A DNA stretch of 24,026 nt from a virus (taxonomy: Duplodnaviria > Caudoviricetes). The notes under the pieces are model-generated. The model ran no database searches and was not told the origin of the DNA. It saw only the letters and a list, made by a program, of their open reading frames with translations. The position numbers and the translations under genes are program-made. Numbering within the stretch: position 1 is the first letter of the stretch; each line of letters opens with the position of its first letter. Below, in pieces: positions 1 through 7,345 of this stretch. The DNA is taken from the IMG/VR virus record IMGVR_UViG_3300022173_000071, positions 1 to 24,026 of that record; one strand, given 5' to 3'.

Positions 1-1
1 C

Positions 2-106
2 GTGGTTCCCGCACACTTGCTCGTGCGCGCTTCTGAGGTGACGAGCAAGATCCGCAATGACTGGGAAACCTACATCGGTAACCCGCACGCTCGGATCGCG
101 CGTTGA
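2..106 (+). CDS. 3' end of a hypothetical gene entering from the left edge (...VVPAHLLVRASEVTSKIRNDWETYIGNPHARIAR*)
   Basis: Frame open from position 2 to TGA 104-106; same strand as all other genes. Confidence 0.5.
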   Translation: MVPAHLLVRASEVTSKIRNDWETYIGNPHARIAR

Positions 107-129
107 GTCTCACGATCGCGATCTCCAAC

Positions 130-210
130 GTGGGCACATTCCACGTAGGCACGATCGGAATACTGATCGCGCTTCTGGCGCTCGTGCTCCTAGCACGTCG
201 TCGGCGCTAG
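130..210 (+). CDS. putative 26-aa membrane peptide (MGTFHVGTIGILIALLALVLLARRRR)
   Basis: GTG 130 to TAG 208-210; hydrophobic helix followed by RRRR; no clear RBS. Confidence 0.35.
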   Translation: MGTFHVGTIGILIALLALVLLARRRR

Positions 211-228
211 CATCTCTACACGCGGAAA

Positions 229-265
229 CCGCGTAGGCCATGAACTGGCCCTACGCGGCTTTTTT
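229..265 (+). terminator. intrinsic (Rho-independent) terminator
   Basis: CCGCGTAG-GCCA / TGAAC loop / TGGC-C-CTACGCGG stem, followed by C and TTTTTT (260-265). Confidence 0.85.
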
Positions 266-359
266 GCGTCCGCAGTTTGCAGCGCTCGCGCTCGTAGATT
301 GTCGCGATGCGAACGGTCCACTCAACGGATCGATCGCATGGCTACGTCCTACGAATCGC

Positions 360-375
360 ATCTCCACATCTCAAC
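360..375 (+). repeat. tandem 8-mer RTCTCNAC leader repeat (also at 652-667, 678-685, 858-881, 1779-1792 degenerate, 3190-3204)
   Basis: ATCTCCAC-ATCTCAAC directly upstream of an RBS; the unit recurs in tandem before several left-end genes. Confidence 0.65.
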
Positions 376-395
376 ATCGAAAGGGATCCTGAACC

Positions 396-650
396 ATGAC
401 TCACGCAACGCGCTTCGCTCTCGCCACGCTCGCTCTCTCGCCCGACACCACGGATGCGCTCGAAGAGATCTCCACGATGATCGCTGACGAGCTGGATCTC
501 GACCTGGAAATCGAGAACAGCGACGCTCTCGACCTGGATCTCGACGCTCTCGACGCGAGCACGATCGATTGCGTGGCGTACTACGAATCGAGCGCGTTCG
601 AGTCTCTCGACGACGAAATCGCGGCGCTCGATCGCGACCTCAGCTTCTAG
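396..650 (+). CDS. very acidic 84-aa hypothetical protein
   Basis: AAAGGGA RBS and CCTGAACC before ATG; 23 D/E versus 2 R and 0 K. Confidence 0.8.
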   Translation: MTHATRFALATLALSPDTTDALEEISTMIADELDLDLEIENSDALDLDLDALDASTIDCVAYYESSAFESLDDEIAALDRDLSF

Positions 651-683
651 CATCTCAACGTCTCCACATCGGAAGGAATCTCA

Positions 684-902
684 ACGTGGAATTACAACTC
701 CACCGAGCGTGCGCGTGCGCGGAAATCTCGCATCGCTCGGATGATCTCGACGTCTGAATCCGCAGGGTCCACGCAAAAGGAGCGAGCGATCAGCGAGATG
801 CTGCAGCATCTCAACGATCTCTCGCGCGCGAGGTTCGATTCCTCGCCGTGGTACGAAATCTCTACGTCTCAACATCTCGACACAAGGAGCCTGAAGTCAT
901 GA
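684..902 (+). CDS. hypothetical protein, possible non-canonical ACG start (alternative ATG at 741)
   Basis: GGAAGGA RBS at 671-677, 6 nt before ACG; frame open to TGA 900-902, which overlaps the next ATG (ATGA). Confidence 0.45.
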   Translation, partial: TWNYNSTERARARKSRIARMISTSESAGSTQKERAISEMLQHLNDLSRARFDSSPWYEISTSQHLDTRSLKS

Positions 903-1066
903 TCGATCGCTACCGTCGCAAGGATCTCACCGTTCGCATGCGTCACAAGGATGCTGGTCTCCGCACTGATGATCGCGCTGCGAAGCGCGGCGAGCGGCGC
1001 GAGACGAACGCATCGCTCTCCAAGATCGCGTGGGATGATCTCGACGCGCTCGTGGAGTCGCTGTGA
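899..1066 (+). CDS. small basic hypothetical protein (55 aa, MIDRYRRKD...)
   Basis: AAGGAG 884-889 before ATG 899; GTGA overlap with next gene. Confidence 0.75.
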   Translation: MIDRYRRKDLTVRMRHKDAGLRTDDRAAKRGERRETNASLSKIAWDDLDALVESL

Positions 1067-1500
1067 ATCGGCAACGCAAGATGATCGAACTCGTGTATCG
1101 CGAGCTGACGAAGGCGAGCGAGGACGCAGAGACGATTCGCAAGCGTGGCACGGTGGATGATGGCTTGAACAAAGCACGCATCAGACTCGCGTGTGCAATC
1201 GATGATGCACTCGCGGATCTCGCGCATGCCACGGCGATCGTTCCGTGCAACCACGGCGCGTGTCTCGGCACGACGCTCGATAATGGTGAGTGGGCGCACG
1301 ACGATGATCGCGAGCGCGCGAGCGTGATGGAATACAATCCGGGCGAGCGGTGGCGCGGCTACTGCGAAACGATCTCACCAGAGATGCTGAAGCTGGAGAT
1401 CAAGCGCGTGCTCGCGCTCGCCGCGAATGACGATGGCGATGGAATGATCTGGCGCTATGGCGTCGCGCGAGATGTCGCGGCCGAGCGTGGTGTCAAATGA
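1063..1500 (+). CDS. hypothetical protein (145 aa)
   Basis: GTGA and ATGA overlaps on both sides; protein-like composition. Confidence 0.75.
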   Translation: MNRQRKMIELVYRELTKASEDAETIRKRGTVDDGLNKARIRLACAIDDALADLAHATAIVPCNHGACLGTTLDNGEWAHDDDRERASVMEYNPGERWRGYCETISPEMLKLEIKRVLALAANDDGDGMIWRYGVARDVAAERGVK

Positions 1501-1721
1501 GCCACCGCGATTGCGTGTGCGGTCAGCATGATGCTGATGCTCCGGTTCCCGCGAAGGATTGGCTCGTCACCGAGTTGATCGATCGCGGTGAGGGCGCCTT
1601 CTACCGCTACGCGGTGCGCGGTGTGAACCTGAACCATCCCGCGTGCTCTCCTGATCGCGAGTTCGCGTGGAGCGTTCCCACGCTGAGCGAGCGCTACGAT
1701 CTCTCTGCTGTACAGCGCTGA
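1497..1721 (+). CDS. hypothetical protein (74 aa)
   Basis: ATGA overlap; its TGA stop lies inside repeat element copy 1. Confidence 0.7.
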   Translation: MSHRDCVCGQHDADAPVPAKDWLVTELIDRGEGAFYRYAVRGVNLNHPACSPDREFAWSVPTLSERYDLSAVQR

Positions 1722-1767
1722 GACCGGCTAACGACCGGGCACCCACGCACGAGGCGTGGCAAGCGCT
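1714..1767 (+). ncRNA. structured three-way-junction repeat element, copy 1
   Basis: AGCGCTG-AGA-CCGG(CTAACGA)CCGG-GCAC-CCACGC(ACGAG)GCGTGG-CAAGCGCT; near-identical copies at 3125, 4324 and 7346. Confidence 0.7.
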
Positions 1768-1813
1768 CCAAGTTCTGCATCTCTCAACATCTGAAACGAA
1801 GGAGCCCGAAGTC

Positions 1814-2800
1814 ATGACTCAGCAGCCTGAATGGGAACTCGTGTACGCGACGGATTACTCCGCGCTGTACCGCGACAAAACCGGCGTCTATCCGCCCGAG
1901 CTGGCCATCGCGCAAACGCTCGACGATGTCGACGAGGATGACATCGAAGCGACCGTTGCGATCTCGTATCGCTTCCCGCTGGAGCGTTGCTGGCAGGTGA
2001 GCGAGTTCGACGAGGACGATGGTTCCACGCGCACATTCATCACGGACATGAATCCGGCGCGTGCAGTGAAGACGGGCGATCCCTACAAGGATCTGCCGTA
2101 TCCGCTCTCTCACTACAAGCCGTGGTACCTGAAGCATCTCAAGAGCGTCGCTGATTCTGTCGGTCAGCCCGTCGAGGATCTCATCGACGACTTGTGCACC
2201 AATGATCCGAAGGCGCTCGCGAGCGCATACGAATCGATCGGCGGTCACTCTGGCTACGACAACTTCGATTCGGAACCGCGGCATCTCACCGAGACGGAGT
2301 TCGCGGAGTGGCCGGATCGTGGTCCTCGTCTGAAGACGAGCGAGCGCGAGGAGTTCACGAAGGGCTACATCTCCACGGCGCTTTGGTGCGACGTGATGGT
2401 GTACAAGCACGACGACGATTGTCCGTGCAAGAAGCCGAGCGACGACGGTGACGCGTACGACTCCGACACCTGCACGTGTGAAGAACCAGAGATGGTGTCA
2501 TCGGGCAGCGAGCACGATGAATCGGATCTCGCGGAGGATGCGTTGAAGACGCTCACCGATGATGCGCACGCATTCTACGCGGACAACATCGAGGATCTCC
2601 GCGCATCGACGCTCAGCATGGAACGCGCTGGTCACAATTTCTGGCTCACGCGCAATCGCCATGGTTCTGGATTCTGGGATGACAAGTCTCAGGGCTCGGC
2701 GGAAGCGGACGCGGCGCTCGACAAGCTCACGGAAGCATCGCATTCATACGGCTCGCAGAACCTGATCGAAGGTTCCAACATGAAGGTCGATCTCCTGTGA
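1814..2800 (+). CDS. acidic two-domain phage hypothetical protein (328 aa); C-terminal domain with AGHNFWLTRNRHGSGFWD motif
   Basis: AAGGAG 1799-1804 before ATG 1814; motif recalled from a widespread phage hypothetical family (GHDFWLTRNGHGxGFWD), function unknown. Confidence 0.85.
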   Translation: MTQQPEWELVYATDYSALYRDKTGVYPPELAIAQTLDDVDEDDIEATVAISYRFPLERCWQVSEFDEDDGSTRTFITDMNPARAVKTGDPYKDLPYPLSHYKPWYLKHLKSVADSVGQPVEDLIDDLCTNDPKALASAYESIGGHSGYDNFDSEPRHLTETEFAEWPDRGPRLKTSEREEFTKGYISTALWCDVMVYKHDDDCPCKKPSDDGDAYDSDTCTCEEPEMVSSGSEHDESDLAEDALKTLTDDAHAFYADNIEDLRASTLSMERAGHNFWLTRNRHGSGFWDDKSQGSAEADAALDKLTEASHSYGSQNLIEGSNMKVDLL

Positions 2801-3132
2801 GCGAGTTCACCGATGCATTCGAGCGCGGCATGCAGGGCATGATCGGCGTGTCGAGCGGCTCGTGTCCTGGATGCGAGAAGTGCATGGAAGGCTATGCAAC
2901 CGCGGATGCGCACCGCAAAGCGTGGGAGCGTGGCGAGACACCAGAGTCGCCAACGTTCTCGTGGTCAGCATGCGGTGTGTGTGGCACGACGCTCGGCGGT
3001 GATCGCAGCGTGTGGCATTGGATCGACCCGAACGATCCCAAGCGCGAGATCAACCACGAGCACGACATGTGCACCGATTGTGTGCTGTTTCACGCGAACG
3101 GTGATGAGCCAGAGTCCTGGCGCAAGCGCTGA
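2797..3132 (+). CDS. Cys-rich putative zinc-binding protein (111 aa; CPGCEKC, FSWSACGVCGTTLGGDR, CTDC)
   Basis: GTGA overlap; CxxC pairs; stop lies inside repeat copy 2. Confidence 0.8.
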   Translation: MSEFTDAFERGMQGMIGVSSGSCPGCEKCMEGYATADAHRKAWERGETPESPTFSWSACGVCGTTLGGDRSVWHWIDPNDPKREINHEHDMCTDCVLFHANGDEPESWRKR

Positions 3133-3178
3133 GACCGGTTAACGACCGGGCATCCACGCACGAGGCGTGGCACGCGCT
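3125..3178 (+). ncRNA. structured three-way-junction repeat element, copy 2
   Basis: AGCGCTGAGACCGGTTAACGACCGGGCATCCACGCACGAGGCGTGGCACGCGCT. Confidence 0.7.
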
Positions 3179-3219
3179 CCAAGCGATGCATCTCAACTCT
3201 CAACGAAGGAGCCTGAATC

Positions 3220-3774
3220 ATGGCGCGAGGAATCGACTACAGCGGGCCGGGTGCAACGTGCAACCGAGATCCCGACACTGGAATCCGCTACGCAATCATC
3301 CCGATCCACAATCTCGGTGAGGGAGCGCACGACGAGTTCGAGGCTGTCTACGTCGCGCGGTGTCCGCACTGCGCGCACGAGCTGCCCGATGACACGCACT
3401 TCACCACGCGTTCGGTGAAGCGTCCCGGTGGGAGCATCGGCAACGTGCAGGCGACTGATTGTCCTGCGTGCGGCAAGCTCATCCGCGAAGACGATCAGTA
3501 CGGCGACGAAGCCGATGCGCAGGTCTGCGACGATGGCATGTACAAAGCGCATCTCGATTCGTCGCAGGATGTGTGGTTCACGAAGTCGCCGTACTTCACG
3601 CGCGCAGCGTTCTGCTCGCCGTGCGCTCCGGGCGCGTGCTACCTCAACAGCCCGTGCGACGACGGTGAGCGTTGCTTCTGTCCCGGACCGGAGTGGTTCG
3701 ATGATGAGAAGGCTCCGTTCCCCATCTACAGCGTCGCGACTGGTGAGCGCGTTGATGTGGAGCGTGCATCGTGA
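3220..3774 (+). CDS. Cys-rich putative zinc-binding protein (184 aa; CPHC, CPAC, CSPC)
   Basis: AAGGAG 3206-3211; several CxxC pairs. Confidence 0.85.
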   Translation: MARGIDYSGPGATCNRDPDTGIRYAIIPIHNLGEGAHDEFEAVYVARCPHCAHELPDDTHFTTRSVKRPGGSIGNVQATDCPACGKLIREDDQYGDEADAQVCDDGMYKAHLDSSQDVWFTKSPYFTRAAFCSPCAPGACYLNSPCDDGERCFCPGPEWFDDEKAPFPIYSVATGERVDVERAS

Positions 3775-4331
3775 GCGAGTTGCTTCGCAACAGCCTCATC
3801 GCAGCGCTCAGCAAGCGCGCAGAGATCAAGCTCACGTGTGAGCCTGAAACGGAAGCCATCGAAGGCAACGCGAGCGCCATCGGTCCGAAGGAAGACGCAG
3901 AGACCAACCAGTGGATTCGTGATCAGCTCAACGCTGGAAACGAGTGGGCCTGGTGCGTCGCGACGGTGACGGTGAACTACAAAGGGTTCTCAGCGTTCGA
4001 TACGCTCGGAGCGTGCTCATACAAGAGCGAGGACGACTTCCGCAAGGATGGCTACTTCACCGACATGGTGAATCAGGCGAGCGCTGAACTCGCTGACAAG
4101 CTCATCGCAGCGAGCACAGCAATCACCGAGCTGCTCACGCCGATGAAACTAGAATGCGCCGGTGGTGATACATGCACGAAGGTCATCACGCACATCGATC
4201 ACAAGGGCTGGACGTACTGCACGAGTCACGGCAAGCAACGCCAGATCTACGTGCCATGCCGCAAGCTGACTGCGACTGAGATCGCGAAGCTCGAATGCGG
4301 CGAGACGATTCCGTACCGACGCAAGCGCTGA
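3771..4331 (+). CDS. hypothetical protein (186 aa) with C-terminal Cys/His cluster
   Basis: GTGA overlap; stop lies inside repeat copy 3. Confidence 0.85.
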   Translation: MSELLRNSLIAALSKRAEIKLTCEPETEAIEGNASAIGPKEDAETNQWIRDQLNAGNEWAWCVATVTVNYKGFSAFDTLGACSYKSEDDFRKDGYFTDMVNQASAELADKLIAASTAITELLTPMKLECAGGDTCTKVITHIDHKGWTYCTSHGKQRQIYVPCRKLTATEIAKLECGETIPYRRKR

Positions 4332-4377
4332 GACCGGCTAACGACCGGGCACCCACGTACGAGACGTGGCAGACGCT
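4324..4377 (+). ncRNA. structured three-way-junction repeat element, copy 3
   Basis: AGCGCTGAGACCGGCTAACGACCGGGCACCCACGTACGAGACGTGGCAGACGCT; C-G to T-A compensatory change in the second hairpin. Confidence 0.7.
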
Positions 4378-4407
4378 CCAACGAAAACCAACCAGGAGGA
4401 TCAAGAG

Positions 4408-4821
4408 ATGGCGAATGCAGAACGGCAACCGGTCACGGACTGGAAGGACTGGCGAGATGTGTTCGCCAGCGAGACCATCATCCCGGGCGATCAACTCGGC
4501 CTGCTCAGCAGGAAGACGCGCGAAGAGCGCTCGTCACATGTGTGGCGCGTGCCGTCGAGCACGGAGCCGATGTATCTCGACAAGTTCTGTCGCGTGAAGC
4601 GGCTCGACCGCACGTTCTACCTCGATGTCGTGCCGACGAAAGCATGCATCGCAGCGATGGAGCGCTACATCACCTTCGTCGAGAACGACACGATGAACTT
4701 CGAGGTCATCGAGTGGGAAGATGGACGCTCGCTCATCGTGTGCAAGAACGGGAAGATCATCGGAGGCCCGTGGGTCGCGAAGATCAACTCGATCACCATC
4801 CCGCATCTCGTGGAGCCATGA
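4408..4821 (+). CDS. hypothetical protein (137 aa, MANAERQP...)
   Basis: AGGAGGA RBS just upstream of ATG 4408. Confidence 0.8.
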   Translation: MANAERQPVTDWKDWRDVFASETIIPGDQLGLLSRKTREERSSHVWRVPSSTEPMYLDKFCRVKRLDRTFYLDVVPTKACIAAMERYITFVENDTMNFEVIEWEDGRSLIVCKNGKIIGGPWVAKINSITIPHLVEP

Positions 4822-5060
4822 TGGGCAAGCGTACCCGACAGCGGACGCTGCCGCGTGAGATCGAAATCGTTCCCGGGTTCACGCTCACTGCGTACCGTAG
4901 TCCTGTCGACGGTGCGCTCGTGCTCGAACTCGACGGAGCGCCCGAAGGTGATGAGGACTGCGAGCGTGTTCGCGTCTACATCAACGAAGGTCTCGCGATC
5001 AAGTGGGTGACGCCCGCGGATCCCGAGTATCCCGACGTCCACACAGCGAAGGAGAGCTGA
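4818..5060 (+). CDS. hypothetical protein (80 aa, MMGKRTRQ...)
   Basis: ATGA overlap; GGAG RBS. Confidence 0.75.
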   Translation: MMGKRTRQRTLPREIEIVPGFTLTAYRSPVDGALVLELDGAPEGDEDCERVRVYINEGLAIKWVTPADPEYPDVHTAKES

Positions 5061-5061
5061 G

Positions 5062-5304
5062 ATGGGCAAGCCTCCAACGAAGACGCGCTACGTCGTCGTG
5101 AACAAGCCCGTCGGCGTGAATTGCAGCGGGAAGAATCTCGCTGTGGTTGGCTCCATCCTGCCTGCGAAGGGTGTCACGCCCGAGTGTCGTGGCGTCATGC
5201 TGCGCAAAGATCTGTCGCTACTCGAAGAGGACCTCGGACATGAGGGCTTCGAGTGCGATGTCTGTCACCGGCGCGTGAAGTACGTGCCACCCAAGGAGGG
5301 CTGA
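5062..5304 (+). CDS. hypothetical protein (80 aa), possible Zn ribbon (CDVC)
   Basis: AAGGAG RBS; 1-nt gap from the previous stop. Confidence 0.75.
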   Translation: MGKPPTKTRYVVVNKPVGVNCSGKNLAVVGSILPAKGVTPECRGVMLRKDLSLLEEDLGHEGFECDVCHRRVKYVPPKEG

Positions 5305-5305
5305 G

Positions 5306-5530
5306 ATGGCTGAACGTGGAACTGGACTGGTATCTGAACGCTGGACGCGTGAGAGCTGCACCCTGCTGTACGATGGCAAACCAGCCATCGACGTCGAGCG
5401 TGTGGTCGATGAGAACCACCGCGCCACGCTCACGCCGGTCGAGGTCGATGCGATCAGAGCCCACATCTGTGATGTGCTCAACACCATCGACATCGACGTT
5501 CTCAAGCGCGAATGGATGCTGAAGCCGTAA
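5306..5530 (+). CDS. hypothetical protein (74 aa)
   Basis: AAGGAGG RBS; 1-nt gap from the previous stop. Confidence 0.75.
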   Translation: MAERGTGLVSERWTRESCTLLYDGKPAIDVERVVDENHRATLTPVEVDAIRAHICDVLNTIDIDVLKREWMLKP

Positions 5531-5555
5531 TCGAGTGGTGACGAAGTAGGTTCCT

Positions 5556-5586
5556 GTTGACATTGTCACCAGCAACCTGCTATGCT
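5556..5586 (+). promoter_or_regulatory. sigma70-type promoter with palindromic operator over -35 (P1)
   Basis: GTTGACATTGTCACC 5556-5570; TTGACA 5557-5562, 18-nt spacer, extended -10 TG-C-TATGCT (hexamer 5581-5586). Confidence 0.8.
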
Positions 5587-5620
5587 ACTTCTCGCAAACC
5601 TGAACCGGAGGTCATGAACC

Positions 5621-5800
5621 ATGAAGAAAATCGTGTTCGCTCTTCTCCTCGTGCCGAGCGTCGTGCTCGCACACCCAGGCCATGATGGTCACGCTGATGC
5701 GAGCCGCGAAGCTCTCATCACCAACCCGGCGCTCATCATCGCGCTATTCATCGGCATCTCGCTCGCGTTCTCTCGCGTCGCTCGGATGGTGCGCAAGTGA
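5621..5800 (+). CDS. 59-aa membrane protein: signal peptide, HPGHDGH, C-terminal TM helix
   Basis: GGAGG RBS; MKKIVFALLLVPSVVLA-HPGHDGH...PALIIALFIGISLAFSRVARMVRK; GTGA overlap with the ATPase gene; below the ORF-track cutoff. Confidence 0.75.
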   Translation: MKKIVFALLLVPSVVLAHPGHDGHADASREALITNPALIIALFIGISLAFSRVARMVRK

Positions 5801-7341
5801 GCAACAACGCCGCCGACGTCAACGCCAAGATCACGTCGTGGTTCCGTGCTCGCAACACCCTCATGCTCGTGCGCACGGATGACGAGCTGCGCGTCGAGCG
5901 TGCCCTCGTGCAGGCAGCAGCTGCTGCCAAGTTCGAGATGCGGTTCTGGGATTGTGACCGCGGCATCACCGGTGCTGATGACACGCGCATCTCGCAGAAC
6001 GGTGACCCGAGCGCATGCTTGGAGTTCATCCGTACCCGCAAGGACCGTGCGGTGTACGTGCTCCGTGACATGCACAAGTGGATCGGCGATCCCACGCTGC
6101 CACGCAAGCTGCGCAACCTGTCGCGTGAGCTGCAGGTCGCGCCGCCGAACGAAGCGCGCTCGATTCTCCTGCTCGCACCGATGGCAATGGAGATCCCGCG
6201 CGACATCCCCGAGCTGAAGTCGGTGGACTACCCGCTTCCTGATCGCGCTGAGGTCTCGCGCATCCTGGACGATGTGATCATGGCGCTGCCCGAGTCGATG
6301 CGTGACGCGGCTGCTCCGAACGGTACGCGTGAGCGTGCGGTGGATGCTGCGCTCGGGCTGTCTGCGCTGAACATCAGCAACAGCTATAGCGTGTCGCTCG
6401 TGACGAACCGCAAGGTCGACCCGGCGCTCGTGACCAGCGAGAAGAAGACGCTGATCGCTGGCATGCCGGGCATCACGTGGCACGAGCCTGACCCGCGTGG
6501 TCTCGACGCCATCGGCGGATACGATGAGCTGAAGCAGTGGTGTGTGCAGCGCAAGGCAGCGTTCACGCAGGAGGCGCGCGAGTTCGGCCTGCCTGCTCCG
6601 AAGGGCGCGATGCTCGTCGGTCTGCCTGGCACTGGCAAGTCGCTCGCTGCGAAGTGCATCGCCACGGTGTTCGGAGTTCCGCTGCTCCGTGGTGACCTCG
6701 GCGGTGCGAAGTCCAAGTACGTCGGTGACTCCGAGCAGAACATCCGCCGGCTCATCGCGCTCGCTGAGACGATGGCGCCATGTGTGCTCTGGTTCGATGA
6801 GATCGAGAAGGCGCTCGCGGGCGCCAGCGGTCAGCAGGGTGACGGCGGTGTCTCCACCGATGCGCTCGGCGTCATCCTCTCCTGGATGCAGGAGAAGACG
6901 GCTCCGGTGTTCGTCATCGCCACGGCGAACGATGTGCGCCAGCTGCCGCCCGAGCTGCTCCGCAAGGGACGCTTCGACGAGATGTTCTTCGTCGACCTGC
7001 CGCAGCATGGTGAGCGCAAGGAGATCATGGCGGCGTCGCTCAAGGCGTTCAATCGCCCGAGCGATGGCATCGACATGAACACCATCGCATCCGCCACGGA
7101 TGGCTTCGTTGGTGCCGAGATCGCGGCGCTCGTGCCGGATGCTCTGTACGCAGCGTTCGCGGATGGCAAGCGTCCGATCACCACCGAGGATCTCGTGTTC
7201 GCTGCGACGCGGGTGGTGCCGCTGTCGAAGACGGCGAGCGAGAAGATCTCAACGCTCCGCGAGTGGGCGAAGGGTCGTGCTCGGCCGGCGAGCGCGGTCG
7301 AGAAGCCCGCCGAGGGTGCTGTTCGTTCGCTGGATCTGTAA
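5797..7341 (+). CDS. AAA+ ATPase, Ycf46-like (degenerate N-terminal AAA domain plus active C-terminal AAA domain)
   Basis: Walker A GLPGTGKS, pore loop SKYVGDSE, Walker B VLWFDEIEK, sensor FVIATAN, SRH LPPELLRKGRFDE; N-terminal LRDMHKW segment. Confidence 0.9.
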   Translation: MSNNAADVNAKITSWFRARNTLMLVRTDDELRVERALVQAAAAAKFEMRFWDCDRGITGADDTRISQNGDPSACLEFIRTRKDRAVYVLRDMHKWIGDPTLPRKLRNLSRELQVAPPNEARSILLLAPMAMEIPRDIPELKSVDYPLPDRAEVSRILDDVIMALPESMRDAAAPNGTRERAVDAALGLSALNISNSYSVSLVTNRKVDPALVTSEKKTLIAGMPGITWHEPDPRGLDAIGGYDELKQWCVQRKAAFTQEAREFGLPAPKGAMLVGLPGTGKSLAAKCIATVFGVPLLRGDLGGAKSKYVGDSEQNIRRLIALAETMAPCVLWFDEIEKALAGASGQQGDGGVSTDALGVILSWMQEKTAPVFVIATANDVRQLPPELLRKGRFDEMFFVDLPQHGERKEIMAASLKAFNRPSDGIDMNTIASATDGFVGAEIAALVPDALYAAFADGKRPITTEDLVFAATRVVPLSKTASEKISTLREWAKGRARPASAVEKPAEGAVRSLDL

Positions 7342-7345
7342 TCGA

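Noticed and set aside
1714-1767. Element as a canonical hammerhead ribozyme
   Set aside because: Topology is similar, but the core reads CUGAGA / GCAC / CA instead of CUGANGA / GAAA / UH; several invariant positions are broken, and copy 5 lacks CUGAGA inside the junction
1667-1813. Upstream extensions of ORF-track starts (1667, 4366, 10809, 12879, 15794, 19565, 21501)
   Set aside because: They run through repeats, promoters or upstream genes; downstream starts with an RBS or stop-start overlap fit better
1719-1817. UGA plus hairpin as a selenocysteine (SECIS) or read-through signal
   Set aside because: Read-through of copy 1 gives a short tail ending at TGA 1815-1817, out of frame with the next gene; copy 4 follows a TAA stop; the UGAs are not in redox-motif contexts
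3125-3178. Element as an integron attC site
   Set aside because: No RYYYAAC...GTTRRRY core pair, the fold is branched rather than one long hairpin, and no integrase is in the window
100-3200. Apparent excess of GATC/CGATCG/CGCG words at the left end
   Set aside because: An impression by eye only; it needs a k-mer count against the rest of the genome before being claimed
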